A stretch of DNA of 64,000 nt from a virus (lineage: Duplodnaviria > Heunggongvirae > Uroviricota > Caudoviricetes): positions 29,946 through 93,945 of IMG/VR virus record IMGVR_UViG_3300028898_000252; one strand, 5' to 3'. Below, piece by piece: positions 28,339 through 37,038 of this stretch. Made by a program: the position numbers and the translations under genes. Every line of letters begins with the position of its first letter. Positions within the stretch are counted from its first letter, which is position 1. Below the pieces are notes generated by a model. The model was not told where the DNA came from and ran no database searches. It saw nothing but the letters and a program-made list of their open reading frames with translations.

Positions 28339-28891
28339 AACAAAACTAAGTTTGGAAGAAATAGAAACTGTTAAAGAAATTAAAAAAATAAAAGAAATGG
28401 CAGATGATCTTATTAAAAACACAGTTAGAATGGTTTTTGATAAAAAACCAAAATTAACATATCTTTCCCTTTCTCATTCTCAAAAATATTATTCTTTAAG
28501 TGTGTTAGAATCAGAACTTTCTATGGATCAAATTATAGATCTCGCAATTGAAGATTTGGGTACATATCCATGTAGGAAATACAAAATTGCCGATCCTAAA
28601 ACCACTAGAACTGATGAGATGAAAATTCAAGACTATAAACTATTATGTAATCGTAGAACCGATCCACCTACCACTTATATTGATATAGAAAATTATTTTA
28701 AATGGACTCAAATTAATCCAAACAATAGATCTCTTTCCGAAAAGAACTTTCCAAAAAAAGATGGGTATGACTTATTTAAGTTGTTTAATACCGAACTAGC
28801 AGTCTTTTCTAGGATTTCAGAATTAGACCACTTGGTTTTTGATAGAAACCTAAATACAATAGATTTAAAACTTGTGGTGGAAAAACTATGA
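28319..28891 (+). CDS. hypothetical protein
   Basis: 190-aa ORF. Overlaps the upstream gene by 20 nt. Confidence 0.5.
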   Translation: MSNSLPETKLSLEEIETVKEIKKIKEMADDLIKNTVRMVFDKKPKLTYLSLSHSQKYYSLSVLESELSMDQIIDLAIEDLGTYPCRKYKIADPKTTRTDEMKIQDYKLLCNRRTDPPTTYIDIENYFKWTQINPNNRSLSEKNFPKKDGYDLFKLFNTELAVFSRISELDHLVFDRNLNTIDLKLVVEKL

Positions 28892-29508
28892 TCGACCAAG
28901 AAAACACATTTTCAACAGACATTGAACAACAGTTGAACCTGTCTATTTTAGACATAAAAAATTTTGCTAATACAGCAGTTTCTAAATATCTAGATGGAAT
29001 CTTCGAACTGAATCCAGATATTCAATTTATCTATTTTTTATTAGATGGCGATTACGACGAAGAAACAATATCAGTCTATTTGATAGAATCTGAGTTTGAA
29101 ACAATAGTAGATGAATGTTTTACTGAGTTTAAAAGAAGTTTTGGTTCTAGAAGAACAAGCAAAGATTTTATTACAATAAACTGCCAACACCCTCTTTCAA
29201 AAGAAATTCATAAGTTTTGGTATCCAGTTGCCCTTCATGAGTTATATGATGGAATTTTACCAATTCCAGTTGAAAATATAATTTCACGTTTAAAATACGA
29301 ACTTCGTACTCCTAGTAAAAGAGAAACTCATCACGATGATGGTTTAGATATTTTAAAACAAAGGGCAATAGAAATAAAAAAAATACTTGATTTTACAAAT
29401 ACTGGATATGAAACTTTTTACCATAGATCTGGAAAACAATACTCTGGATTTTCTTACGAGATTGGCCCAACCGTTAAAGTTAAAAACTTTGGAGTTAAAA
29501 AACTGTAA
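28888..29508 (+). CDS. hypothetical protein
   Basis: 206-aa ORF. 4-nt overlap with the upstream gene. Confidence 0.5.
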   Translation: MIDQENTFSTDIEQQLNLSILDIKNFANTAVSKYLDGIFELNPDIQFIYFLLDGDYDEETISVYLIESEFETIVDECFTEFKRSFGSRRTSKDFITINCQHPLSKEIHKFWYPVALHELYDGILPIPVENIISRLKYELRTPSKRETHHDDGLDILKQRAIEIKKILDFTNTGYETFYHRSGKQYSGFSYEIGPTVKVKNFGVKKL

Positions 29509-29540
29509 ATCCATTCAAACAAAACGAAAGGAATTCTAAA

Positions 29541-29678
29541 ATGGAATATGAACATAACAAGGAGTCTCCAAAAACAATCTCCGAGGTTGTTATTGGACTA
29601 ATGACAGGAACTATTGCGATTGGAATTCTTTGTGTATTATATATTCTTGTAAAACTTGCGAAAGCTGTATTCCTATGA
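29541..29678 (+). CDS. small membrane protein, 45 aa, not in the ORF track
   Basis: MEYEHNKESPKTISEVVIGLMTGTIAIGILCVLYILVKLAKAVFL. Its TGA stop overlaps the ATG of the next gene. Confidence 0.3.
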   Translation: MEYEHNKESPKTISEVVIGLMTGTIAIGILCVLYILVKLAKAVFL

Positions 29679-30124
29679 AAGAAACTTTTTCTGTTTCTGT
29701 AACAGGTCACCGCGATTTGTTTCACGATGAAAAAGAAATAGAAAAAAAGTTTTTGAATTTTATTGATATTCAAAAAGGGTTAAATCCCGACAAAGAAATT
29801 GTTGTAAACACAGGAATGGCAGTAGGATTTGATCTTCTTGTTGCCGAGATTTGTCTAAAACAAGGAATAAAATATAACGCCATATTGCCTTTTGAAGATC
29901 ATCTTAAAACCAATGAAATCTTTTGCTTGTTAAAAGAAGCGGCAAACAAAGTTGTGGTGGTCTCAGAAGGACCATATGCGAAATACAAATATTTTATAAG
30001 AGATGTTTGGTTGGTTGATAATGCAAATGTCTTATTTGCATACTTGATTAAACCAGGAAAAAGTGGAACACGATTAACAGTTGAAGAAGCAATAAAAAAG
30101 AAAAAAGAGGTTATTTACTTCTGA
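29675..30124 (+). CDS. SLOG/YpsA-like (DUF1273-like) protein
   Basis: N-terminal MKETFSVSVTGHRDLF and TGMAVGFD resemble the YpsA/DUF1273 SLOG family. The track start 29630 is probably too early. Confidence 0.5.
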   Translation: MKETFSVSVTGHRDLFHDEKEIEKKFLNFIDIQKGLNPDKEIVVNTGMAVGFDLLVAEICLKQGIKYNAILPFEDHLKTNEIFCLLKEAANKVVVVSEGPYAKYKYFIRDVWLVDNANVLFAYLIKPGKSGTRLTVEEAIKKKKEVIYF

Positions 30125-30309
30125 TGAAAACAATTTTTAAATTTATAATAATTTTTTGTTTGGCAACGCTTTTCAATTTATTACTTGCCCTTTTTGGACA
30201 CGTTTATTTTAGATTTGATGTTATTAATTCCTTTATCGCTTTGATATTATTGGAAATGGTTTTTTTGTTTTATCAAAAAGAAATGGAAACTGTATATCAT
30301 GGAAAATAA
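30124..30309 (+). CDS. small membrane protein
   Basis: 61 aa with two hydrophobic helices. Confidence 0.35.
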   Translation: MKTIFKFIIIFCLATLFNLLLALFGHVYFRFDVINSFIALILLEMVFLFYQKEMETVYHGK

Positions 30310-30511
30310 TTCAAAAGTAAAAGGATTATATCGGGTTATTTTTACAGAAAAGTCTACAAAGAAAAAAAACATTATTGATGTTTTTGCTGTTGATAAAACA
30401 ATGGCAATAGACATTGCAAAAAACGAACTCTTTGACGGAACAGTTTTTATTGCAAAAGGTTCTAATCTTTCTGTTTCTGTTAAAGAATTAACAATCGACA
30501 AAGCTGATTAG
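30299..30511 (+). CDS. hypothetical small protein ending in a TAG-TAA tandem
   Basis: 70 aa. TAG at 30509-30511 is immediately followed by TAA at 30512-30514. Confidence 0.4.
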   Translation: MENNSKVKGLYRVIFTEKSTKKKNIIDVFAVDKTMAIDIAKNELFDGTVFIAKGSNLSVSVKELTIDKAD

Positions 30512-30537
30512 TAAAATAAACAAAGGAACAAAACACA

Positions 30538-30927
30538 ATGACTCACTAGGTAAAAAATAAACTATATGTCGTAACAAGAGAAGACCTTGGACTTCAATAT
30601 CAAATTCCACAAGTGGCACACGCTGTGGCAGAATTCGCACTAAGAAATAAAATAAAGTTTGAGGAATGGAATTCTGGTGGTTTGGGATCTTTGGTAGTTG
30701 TTGCCGCGAAAAACGAAGAACAACTATTTCAATTTAAAGCAAAACTAGAAAAAGAAAATCAAATTTATTATGGATTCTATGAACCAGATATTGGTTATAG
30801 TTTGACTGCTTTAGCAATAGAACCATCGGATAAAGTAAAGAAACTTTGTTCGGGAATGCCTTTAGCGGGCAAACTTTCAAAAGAAACACTAAACCTAAAA
30901 TTAATTTTGACATAGTTGATAAAATGA
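30538..30927 (+). CDS. Pth2-like peptidyl-tRNA hydrolase with in-frame TAG at codon 4 (and TAG at 30913)
   Basis: ATG(30538) ACT CAC TAG(30547) GTA AAA AAT AAA CTA TAT GTC GTA ... gives MTH*VKNKLYVVTREDLGLQYQIPQVAHAVAEF, matching the Pth2 N-terminal strand and SHA motif. No alternative start codon lies between the TAG and the conserved strand. If TAG at 30913 is read through, the gene ends TGA at 30925-30927 in an ATGA overlap with the HD gene. Confidence 0.55.
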
Positions 30928-31316
30928 TGGAAACAGAACAAGCAAAAGATGTTTCTATCCTTCAGCATGGATTACAAGTTTGTGATAAACTTTTTAATTT
31001 AATAATTCCTGCACTTAACTCTGATGTTACTGAAATCAAATTTCCTAATTGGTTTATCGAAAATAAAAGATTTATTCTTGAAAATCTTCCTTCTGAATAT
31101 ATTTTAAGAAAATATGCCATTTTTCATGATGTTGGAAAACCTTATTGTTTAGAGCACGACGAAGAAGGAAAAAGACATTTTCCAAATCATGCTGAATACT
31201 CTTTCCAAAAATATTTGGAGTTGTTTCCAAATGAAAAAGAGATAGCTGAGTTAATAAGAAACGATATGGTCGTTCATATTTTAAAAGATCATGGAGTTGA
31301 AAATTTTTCAAAATAA
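30924..31316 (+). CDS. HD-domain phosphohydrolase
   Basis: AIFHDVGKP and HFPNHAE are HD-domain His/Asp motifs. The start was reassigned to the ATG at 30924. Confidence 0.65.
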   Translation: MMETEQAKDVSILQHGLQVCDKLFNLIIPALNSDVTEIKFPNWFIENKRFILENLPSEYILRKYAIFHDVGKPYCLEHDEEGKRHFPNHAEYSFQKYLELFPNEKEIAELIRNDMVVHILKDHGVENFSK

Positions 31317-31474
31317 AAACTGTATAACTCATTTGGTTGTTGGTCTAGCTGAGATTTACGCTAATGCTGAAATGTTTGGTGGGGTCGAGTCGGAATCTTT
31401 TAAGATCAAGTATAAGCAGCTCGAACGAAGAGGTGGTGCAATTATCTCTGTGCTAAAGCAGAAGAGATAACGCG

Positions 31475-31503
31475 TTGACAGCTTCGCGGAGGTTGCTTAC
31501 ACT
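31475..31503 (+). promoter_or_regulatory. sigma70-type promoter for the suppressor tRNA
   Basis: -35 TTGACA (31475-31480), 17-nt spacer, -10 TACACT (31498-31503). The tRNA 5' end at 31510 sits at the predicted start site. Confidence 0.6.
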
Positions 31504-31509
31504 TCTCGC

Positions 31510-31581
31510 GTTTCGCTAGTTCAGCGGTAGAACGGCGGGCTCTAAACCTGCAAGTCATAGGTTCGATTCCTATGCGGAGCA
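31510..31581 (+). tRNA. amber suppressor tRNA (anticodon CUA, reads UAG)
   Basis: Acceptor GTTTCGC/GCGGAGC with two G:U pairs. D-arm GTTC-AGCGGTA-GAAC. Anticodon stem GCGGG/CCTGC, loop CTCTAAA with U33 and A37. T-arm ATAGG-TTCGATT-CCTAT. Discriminator A. No CCA encoded. Confidence 0.8.
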
Positions 31582-31610
31582 CAAACAAAAACATAAAAAG
31601 GAAAACAAGA

Positions 31611-32525
31611 ATGCAAACAAGACTCTTCTGTGGTTTGGCGATTGCTGTGTTGGCTGCCGCGTGTGAAACAGTATCTCCTGGGGAAGTTGCCGTTTTAGTT
31701 GATACTGGAACAGTTAAAGGCGTATATCCTCCAGGACTTTATTACGATGGCCCAATGATGGAATTTCACAAACTTTCAACGAGAGCTCAATCATTTGATA
31801 TGATTGGTGCCCCAACTCAAAATCAAAACCATGAACGTTCTGGTGAAGGTACTGTTACTGTTTTAACTCGGGACCAATTAAGTGTTGGTCTCGATTGCAC
31901 GGTTCAATTTCACTTAAACAGCGACCACGCCTTACCTGTGTTTATTAAGTTTGGCGAAAACTATGCACAAACAGTTGTTCACACTCCTGTCAGAGCTGCG
32001 GTAAGGGATAGCGCAGGTAGGTTTAACGCTCTCGATCTTTCAAACCGAAGAGAAGAGTTACAACAAACCCTCGAATTAGAAATTCGAAATAAGATTCATA
32101 CACTGTTGTCTCAGCAAAGAGTTTCAACAAATGCGATCATCTTGGATTCTGTTTTGATTCGAAATATTGATCTACCAAATTCTCTCGATGAAAGTATTGT
32201 GGCATTGCAGCGAGAAAGAATGCAAACGCAACAGAGACAACAAGCTGCCTTAACCGCGCAGCAAGATGCTGTGCGGCAAATGGCAGACATTCGAGGACAA
32301 TCAGAACGAAATATTTTAGCAGCGGAAACTGCCGCTAGAACAAGACGAATCGAATCAGAATCTATTGCCGCGGCAAACAGAACAATTGCCGCTTCACTTA
32401 CTCCAGAACTTTTGCGTCTTCGAGCAATCGAGGCACAAAAAGAAGTCTTGGGAAGTAATCAGACTCGAACGGTATTTATGCCTCCAAATATGTCACTTTT
32501 CAACCTTGGAAATATCCAACAATAA
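31611..32525 (+). CDS. SPFH/band-7 (HflC/K-like) lipoprotein, GC-rich gene
   Basis: Lipobox LAAAC after a signal peptide. The motif run GEVAVLVDTG..V.G.Y.PGL.Y..P, ...TRDQL.V.LD..V.FHL and ...VRAAVRDSAG fits an SPFH domain. GC content is much higher than the neighbouring genes. The track start 31572 overlaps the tRNA and was moved to 31611. Confidence 0.7.
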   Translation: MQTRLFCGLAIAVLAAACETVSPGEVAVLVDTGTVKGVYPPGLYYDGPMMEFHKLSTRAQSFDMIGAPTQNQNHERSGEGTVTVLTRDQLSVGLDCTVQFHLNSDHALPVFIKFGENYAQTVVHTPVRAAVRDSAGRFNALDLSNRREELQQTLELEIRNKIHTLLSQQRVSTNAIILDSVLIRNIDLPNSLDESIVALQRERMQTQQRQQAALTAQQDAVRQMADIRGQSERNILAAETAARTRRIESESIAAANRTIAASLTPELLRLRAIEAQKEVLGSNQTRTVFMPPNMSLFNLGNIQQ

Positions 32526-32544
32526 CAAGAAAGAAGGAAAGAAA

Positions 32545-32943
32545 ATGGAAAACAACGAAACCCAAACAGTCGAACAAACTCCAGCGCAAACAACCGAAGC
32601 GGTTCGCCGCTTTTATATGCGCAGCGGAAAGCGCACCGTAACCGTCTCCTACAGAAGAACCGAAGGAAACAAATACGAATATGCTTTTTCGGCAAACCGC
32701 GTTACAACGGGATCAAATACCGCTGTTGACCTTTACAACAAGAAACTTGGCAAGGAAATTGCCGAAGGTCGCCTTTCCAGCGGGCGACATTGTTTTCAAA
32801 TCGAAGTCAAAGACATGAAAATGATCCATGTCGAAATTGCCCAACAAATGGCTGAAAACACAACCAAAGAAGGAACCAAGGAATTGGTTCCAAAACCAAT
32901 CAAAACTGTTGCGCGAGACTATCTTGCTTCGCACAAAAAGTAA
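32545..32943 (+). CDS. hypothetical protein, GC-rich
   Basis: 133 aa starting MENNETQ. The track start 32365 is an artefactual extension overlapping the SPFH gene. Confidence 0.5.
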   Translation: MENNETQTVEQTPAQTTEAVRRFYMRSGKRTVTVSYRRTEGNKYEYAFSANRVTTGSNTAVDLYNKKLGKEIAEGRLSSGRHCFQIEVKDMKMIHVEIAQQMAENTTKEGTKELVPKPIKTVARDYLASHKK

Positions 32944-32987
32944 TCGAAAATTACTCGCGGAGCAAACCAAAAAGGCTGACTGACAAT

Positions 32988-33530
32988 GTGTTGGTCGGCC
33001 TTTTTGACTTTAAGGAGCAGAAAATGAAAACCCCATACCGAAAAAATGAATTGCTTATGGTTCCAAAGTCAAAAGAATCGCACAACTATTTTTGTAAATG
33101 GTTTGGTTGTAGAATAAGTAAACAAACAATTCCAACAGGAATTTATTTGCTTCAACTTAAAGAAAAACAATTTGTTTTTTCTTTCCAAACTTGTGCAATA
33201 TGTGGAAGAGAATATGCAAAACCATTTCATTCAAATGAGTTTATTCAACTTTTTCATTATAAAAATTCTTCAAATTGGAAATTTGTAAAATTTGATTACA
33301 AAGCCGATGATATTGTATTGCTAACGAAAAATAACAATTATGATGAATATGAAGCTGAAGTGAGACATATTTCTCATGTTTCAGAGATAAAAAATCTAGA
33401 ATTTAATCATTTTTGGTTTAATATTCTTTGCGCAAACATTGGATGCAACTATCAAAATTTTGTTAATGAATATGAAATTGTTTTAATGAAAAAATGTAAA
33501 CGGTGCGAAAAATTTATTCAAGAAAAATAA
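32988..33530 (+). CDS. hypothetical Cys-rich protein
   Basis: 180 aa with several CxxC pairs (CKWFGC, CAICGRE, CKRCEKF). Confidence 0.5.
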   Translation: MLVGLFDFKEQKMKTPYRKNELLMVPKSKESHNYFCKWFGCRISKQTIPTGIYLLQLKEKQFVFSFQTCAICGREYAKPFHSNEFIQLFHYKNSSNWKFVKFDYKADDIVLLTKNNNYDEYEAEVRHISHVSEIKNLEFNHFWFNILCANIGCNYQNFVNEYEIVLMKKCKRCEKFIQEK

Positions 33531-33546
33531 AAATAGAAGTTTTAAA

Positions 33547-34182
33547 ATGAAAACCATAAAACTGAAAAACAATGAATTGATTCCTGAATACTATACAGGA
33601 ATTGTTGAATGGGAACCTGGAACAAAATGTTGGTTCAAAGAAGGAAAAAGACATAGAATAGATGGACCAGCAAACGAATACTTTGACGGATCAAAAGAAT
33701 GGTGGATTGAAGGAAAACTTCACAGAATAGATAGCCCCGCTGTTGAATATGCAGATGGAACAAAATGTTGGTTCAAAGAAGGAAAATATCATCGAACAGA
33801 TGGTCCTGCTGTTGAATATGCAGATGGAACAAAACAATGGTGGGTTGAAGGGAAACTTCATAGATTTGATGGTCCTGCTATTGAATGGGCAAATGGATCA
33901 AAATATTGGTATAAAGATGGATTACTTCACAGATTCGATGGTCCTGCTTGCGAATATAAAGATGGATTAAAAGAATGGTATGTTGATAATAAACTCTATT
34001 CCACTTTTGAATTGGAAATCTATGTCGAAAAACTTATTTTCCTCGGGAAAGAAAAAGGCAACCATAACCTGTGTTGGTTAAAGTTTTTAACAGAAAATCA
34101 AGGAATCAAAGAGTTCCCTATTATTTCAGGAATGGAAAAAAATTTAATATTTAAAGAAATTTTCGTTTACTTGGAAATATAA
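33547..34182 (+). CDS. MORN-like repeat paralog family protein (5 repeats)
   Basis: Tandem 23-aa repeats WFKEGK.HR.DGPA.EY.DGTK plus the C-terminal module IFLGKEKGNHNLCWLKFLTENQGIKEFPIISGME. Confidence 0.7.
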   Translation: MKTIKLKNNELIPEYYTGIVEWEPGTKCWFKEGKRHRIDGPANEYFDGSKEWWIEGKLHRIDSPAVEYADGTKCWFKEGKYHRTDGPAVEYADGTKQWWVEGKLHRFDGPAIEWANGSKYWYKDGLLHRFDGPACEYKDGLKEWYVDNKLYSTFELEIYVEKLIFLGKEKGNHNLCWLKFLTENQGIKEFPIISGMEKNLIFKEIFVYLEI

Positions 34183-34377
34183 AAAATGAAAACTTTCTTC
34201 GTTATAGTTGATGATAAACCAGATTCTCAAATACAAACAAAGAATGTGTTTGAAGGATATAAAGAAGTTTTAAAAAAAGAAACAAAAGGTAAAATTCAAC
34301 TTATTGAAAAATCTTATTTTTTGGTGTGGTCTAAACAAAAAATAAAATAACAAAAGGATATAAACAAAAAAACAAAA

Positions 34378-35046
34378 ATGACAAATGCGATGTTGGTGTT
34401 AAAAACAAATAATTCAAAACTTGGTGGTGTTGCCGCGACTTATAGTTCAATTGATTCTTCTTGCCCGACTAGTTGCGCTTTAAAAGATAATGGATGTTAT
34501 GCTCAACTTGGTTTTGTTGGAATTCATACATCAAAACTAAATAAAAAGAAATCAACTCCAAGAGAAGTTGCAAGAGAAGAAGCAAAACAAATTAAACAAG
34601 CTATTAAAGAAGAAAAGAATACAAAACCATTGCGGTTGCACGTTGCAGGAGATTGCCGCACAAACGAAGCAGCAGCCATATTAGCCGAGGCAACAAAAGA
34701 ATGGGGCTATCCAGTATGGACTTATACACACGCCTGGAAAGATGTTTCTCGTTCTAGTTGGGGCAATAAGGTTTCTGTTCTTGCCTCGGTTGACAACATA
34801 AAAGAAATAAAATCGGCAAGAAGAAAAGGTTATGCTCCTGCTATCATTGTTGATAAATTTTTATCAAAAAAAGCATATGAGTTTAATGGATTTAAATTAA
34901 TTCCTTGTCCAAATCAAACTCATGAAAATATAACTTGTGAAAAGTGTAAACTTTGTTGGAACGATAAAAAACTTAAAACTCTAAATGCTGTTATTGGATT
35001 CGAAGCTCATGGTGCAAAAAGAAAATCTCTGCCAGTGATAAAATGA
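34378..35046 (+). CDS. hypothetical protein with the N-terminal Cys motif SCPTSC...GCYA
   Basis: 222 aa embedded in the MORN array. Not a MORN paralog. Confidence 0.5.
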   Translation: MTNAMLVLKTNNSKLGGVAATYSSIDSSCPTSCALKDNGCYAQLGFVGIHTSKLNKKKSTPREVAREEAKQIKQAIKEEKNTKPLRLHVAGDCRTNEAAAILAEATKEWGYPVWTYTHAWKDVSRSSWGNKVSVLASVDNIKEIKSARRKGYAPAIIVDKFLSKKAYEFNGFKLIPCPNQTHENITCEKCKLCWNDKKLKTLNAVIGFEAHGAKRKSLPVIK

Positions 35047-35453
35047 AAACAAAAGAAGACACAATAAAGATTATAGAATCTTCGGATGGAACAAAACAAT
35101 GGTATAAAGAAGGAAAATGTCATCGAGAGGATGGACCCGCGATTGAATGGGCAGGAGGGGCGAAAGAATGGTATATTGGAGGAAAACGCCACAGAATAGA
35201 TGGACCAGCTTTTGAAAATCCAGACGGAACAAAAGAATGGTGGGTTGGTGGAAAAGAATACTCGGACACAATTTATGTAAGAAACAAAATTTTTCTTGGA
35301 AAAGAAAAAGGAAAGTTTGGGATTGAGTGGTTAAAGTTTTTAACAGAAACAGGAATTGAAGAATATCCTCTTATTCCTGGTATGAATTATGAATTTGTTC
35401 AAAGATATGACCTCCAATCATTTTTAACTACGCAGGAGAATGTTTTAAAATGA
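35043..35453 (+). CDS. MORN-like repeat paralog family protein
   Basis: Repeats WYKEGKCHREDGPAIEW and WYIGGKRHRIDGPAFEN plus the LKFLTETGIEEYPLIPGM module. ATGA overlap with the upstream gene. Confidence 0.7.
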   Translation: MKTKEDTIKIIESSDGTKQWYKEGKCHREDGPAIEWAGGAKEWYIGGKRHRIDGPAFENPDGTKEWWVGGKEYSDTIYVRNKIFLGKEKGKFGIEWLKFLTETGIEEYPLIPGMNYEFVQRYDLQSFLTTQENVLK

Positions 35454-35884
35454 AACATCTTAAACTAAAAGATAATGAAAAAATTCCCAAACATTTTACA
35501 GGAATTGTTGAATGGGCAAGTGGATTGAAAGAATGGTTTAAAAAAGGAAAACATCATCGACTTGATGGACCTGCAATTGAATGGGTAAATGGAGATAAAC
35601 AATGGCTTAAAGAAGGAAAAACTCATAGAGTAGACGGACCAGCTATTGAACTTTCAGGTGGATATAAAGAATGGTGGATTGATAATAAATCAATAAAAAA
35701 AGAAATCGATATTTCAAATAAAATTTTTCTTGGAAAAGAAAACGGAAAGTATAAGATTGAGTGGTTAAAGTTTCTAACAGAAACAGGAATTGAAGAATAT
35801 CCTCTTGTTCCTGGTATGCCTCCTTATCAATTTAGAATTTTTAAAGACATATCTCTCGACGAACTCTTAAAAGTAGGTGTTTGA
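35450..35884 (+). CDS. MORN-like repeat paralog family protein
   Basis: Same repeat and C-terminal module. ATGA overlap. Confidence 0.7.
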   Translation: MKHLKLKDNEKIPKHFTGIVEWASGLKEWFKKGKHHRLDGPAIEWVNGDKQWLKEGKTHRVDGPAIELSGGYKEWWIDNKSIKKEIDISNKIFLGKENGKYKIEWLKFLTETGIEEYPLVPGMPPYQFRIFKDISLDELLKVGV

Positions 35885-36495
35885 TGGAAACAATTGATCT
35901 ATGGACAAAAACCACACAATTTCCTAAAAACTTTACAGGAATTGTTAAACGTGAAAACTTTCTTGAGATTTATTATAAAAATGGAAGTATTCATCGTAAA
36001 GATGGCCCCGCTTATATATCAAAATATATGTACAATAATCTAAAAAATTTTACTTATATTTGGTATAAAAAAGGAAAAAAACATAGAATTGGTGGTCCAG
36101 CGGTTGAAATTTGGGATGGTTCAAAAGAATGGTGGGTTAATAATAAAAAACATAGAATAGCTGCTCCTGCGGTTGTTGGAGTAGATGGATATAGAGAATG
36201 GTGCATTAATGGAAAATGGCACAGAACAGATGGGCCAGCTATTGAATTTGAAAACGGAGATAAATATTGGTATTTAAATAATAAACTCTGTTTTGAAAAA
36301 ACGGACATACCTATTCTTTTAAAAAAGAATATGTTTCTCAATATGGAAAGAGGAAAATATGATTTGTTTTGGTTAAGGTTCTTAACAGAAGACCAAGGAA
36401 TAAAAGAATTTCCAATGATTCCTGGAATACGTGAATTCATGTTGTCTATGGACTCTGAATTAAAAGATTATTTTGATGAGTGTGGATGGGTATAA
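35881..36495 (+). CDS. MORN-like repeat paralog family protein
   Basis: Four repeats plus the LRFLTEDQGIKEFPMIPGI module. ATGA overlap. Confidence 0.7.
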   Translation: MMETIDLWTKTTQFPKNFTGIVKRENFLEIYYKNGSIHRKDGPAYISKYMYNNLKNFTYIWYKKGKKHRIGGPAVEIWDGSKEWWVNNKKHRIAAPAVVGVDGYREWCINGKWHRTDGPAIEFENGDKYWYLNNKLCFEKTDIPILLKKNMFLNMERGKYDLFWLRFLTEDQGIKEFPMIPGIREFMLSMDSELKDYFDECGWV

Positions 36496-37034
36496 ACATG
36501 GAAACAATAAAGATTTTATCAGGGACTCAACTTCCTAAAAACTTTACAGGGATTGTGGAGTATCCGTGTAATGTTAAGATTTATTATAAAAATGGAAGTA
36601 TTCATCGTAAAGATGGCCCTGCTTATACTCGAAATGAAATCGACCCATTTGGATACGATAGATATGTGAAATGTTGGTATAAAAACGGAAAACTTCATAG
36701 AATAGATGGTCCAGCTGTTGAACAATCCTACTTCAATTTAAAAGAATGGTATATTAATGGAAAACATCCAATAGACAGACCAGCCCAATCAAGATACGGA
36801 AGTTTTTATTGGTTTTATGAAAAAAGATATTGGCATATAAATGACTTAATTCATTTGTTTGATAAAGGAATTTTTCTTGGAGGAGAAAAAAGAAAATATG
36901 GAATTACCTGCTTTTTGTTTCTAACAGAACATAATGGAATTCGAGAATTTCCCATAATGGGCGGAATGAAACAAGAACTTCTTAATCTTTGGAAATTTGA
37001 TCTGGTTTTAAAACTAGAGGAGTATAAACTATAA
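36480..37034 (+). CDS. MORN-like repeat paralog family protein (divergent)
   Basis: Repeats YYKNGSIHRKDGPAY and WYKNGKLHRIDGPAVE plus the C-terminal EFPIMGGM module. Confidence 0.65.
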   Translation: MWMGINMETIKILSGTQLPKNFTGIVEYPCNVKIYYKNGSIHRKDGPAYTRNEIDPFGYDRYVKCWYKNGKLHRIDGPAVEQSYFNLKEWYINGKHPIDRPAQSRYGSFYWFYEKRYWHINDLIHLFDKGIFLGGEKRKYGITCFLFLTEHNGIREFPIMGGMKQELLNLWKFDLVLKLEEYKL

Positions 37035-37038
37035 CATC

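Noticed and set aside
32365-32943. 192-aa ORF overlapping the 3' end of the SPFH gene
   Set aside because: The N-terminal 60 aa are an out-of-frame extension inside the SPFH gene. The real gene starts at the ATG at 32545 (MENNETQ), which has an upstream A-rich leader.
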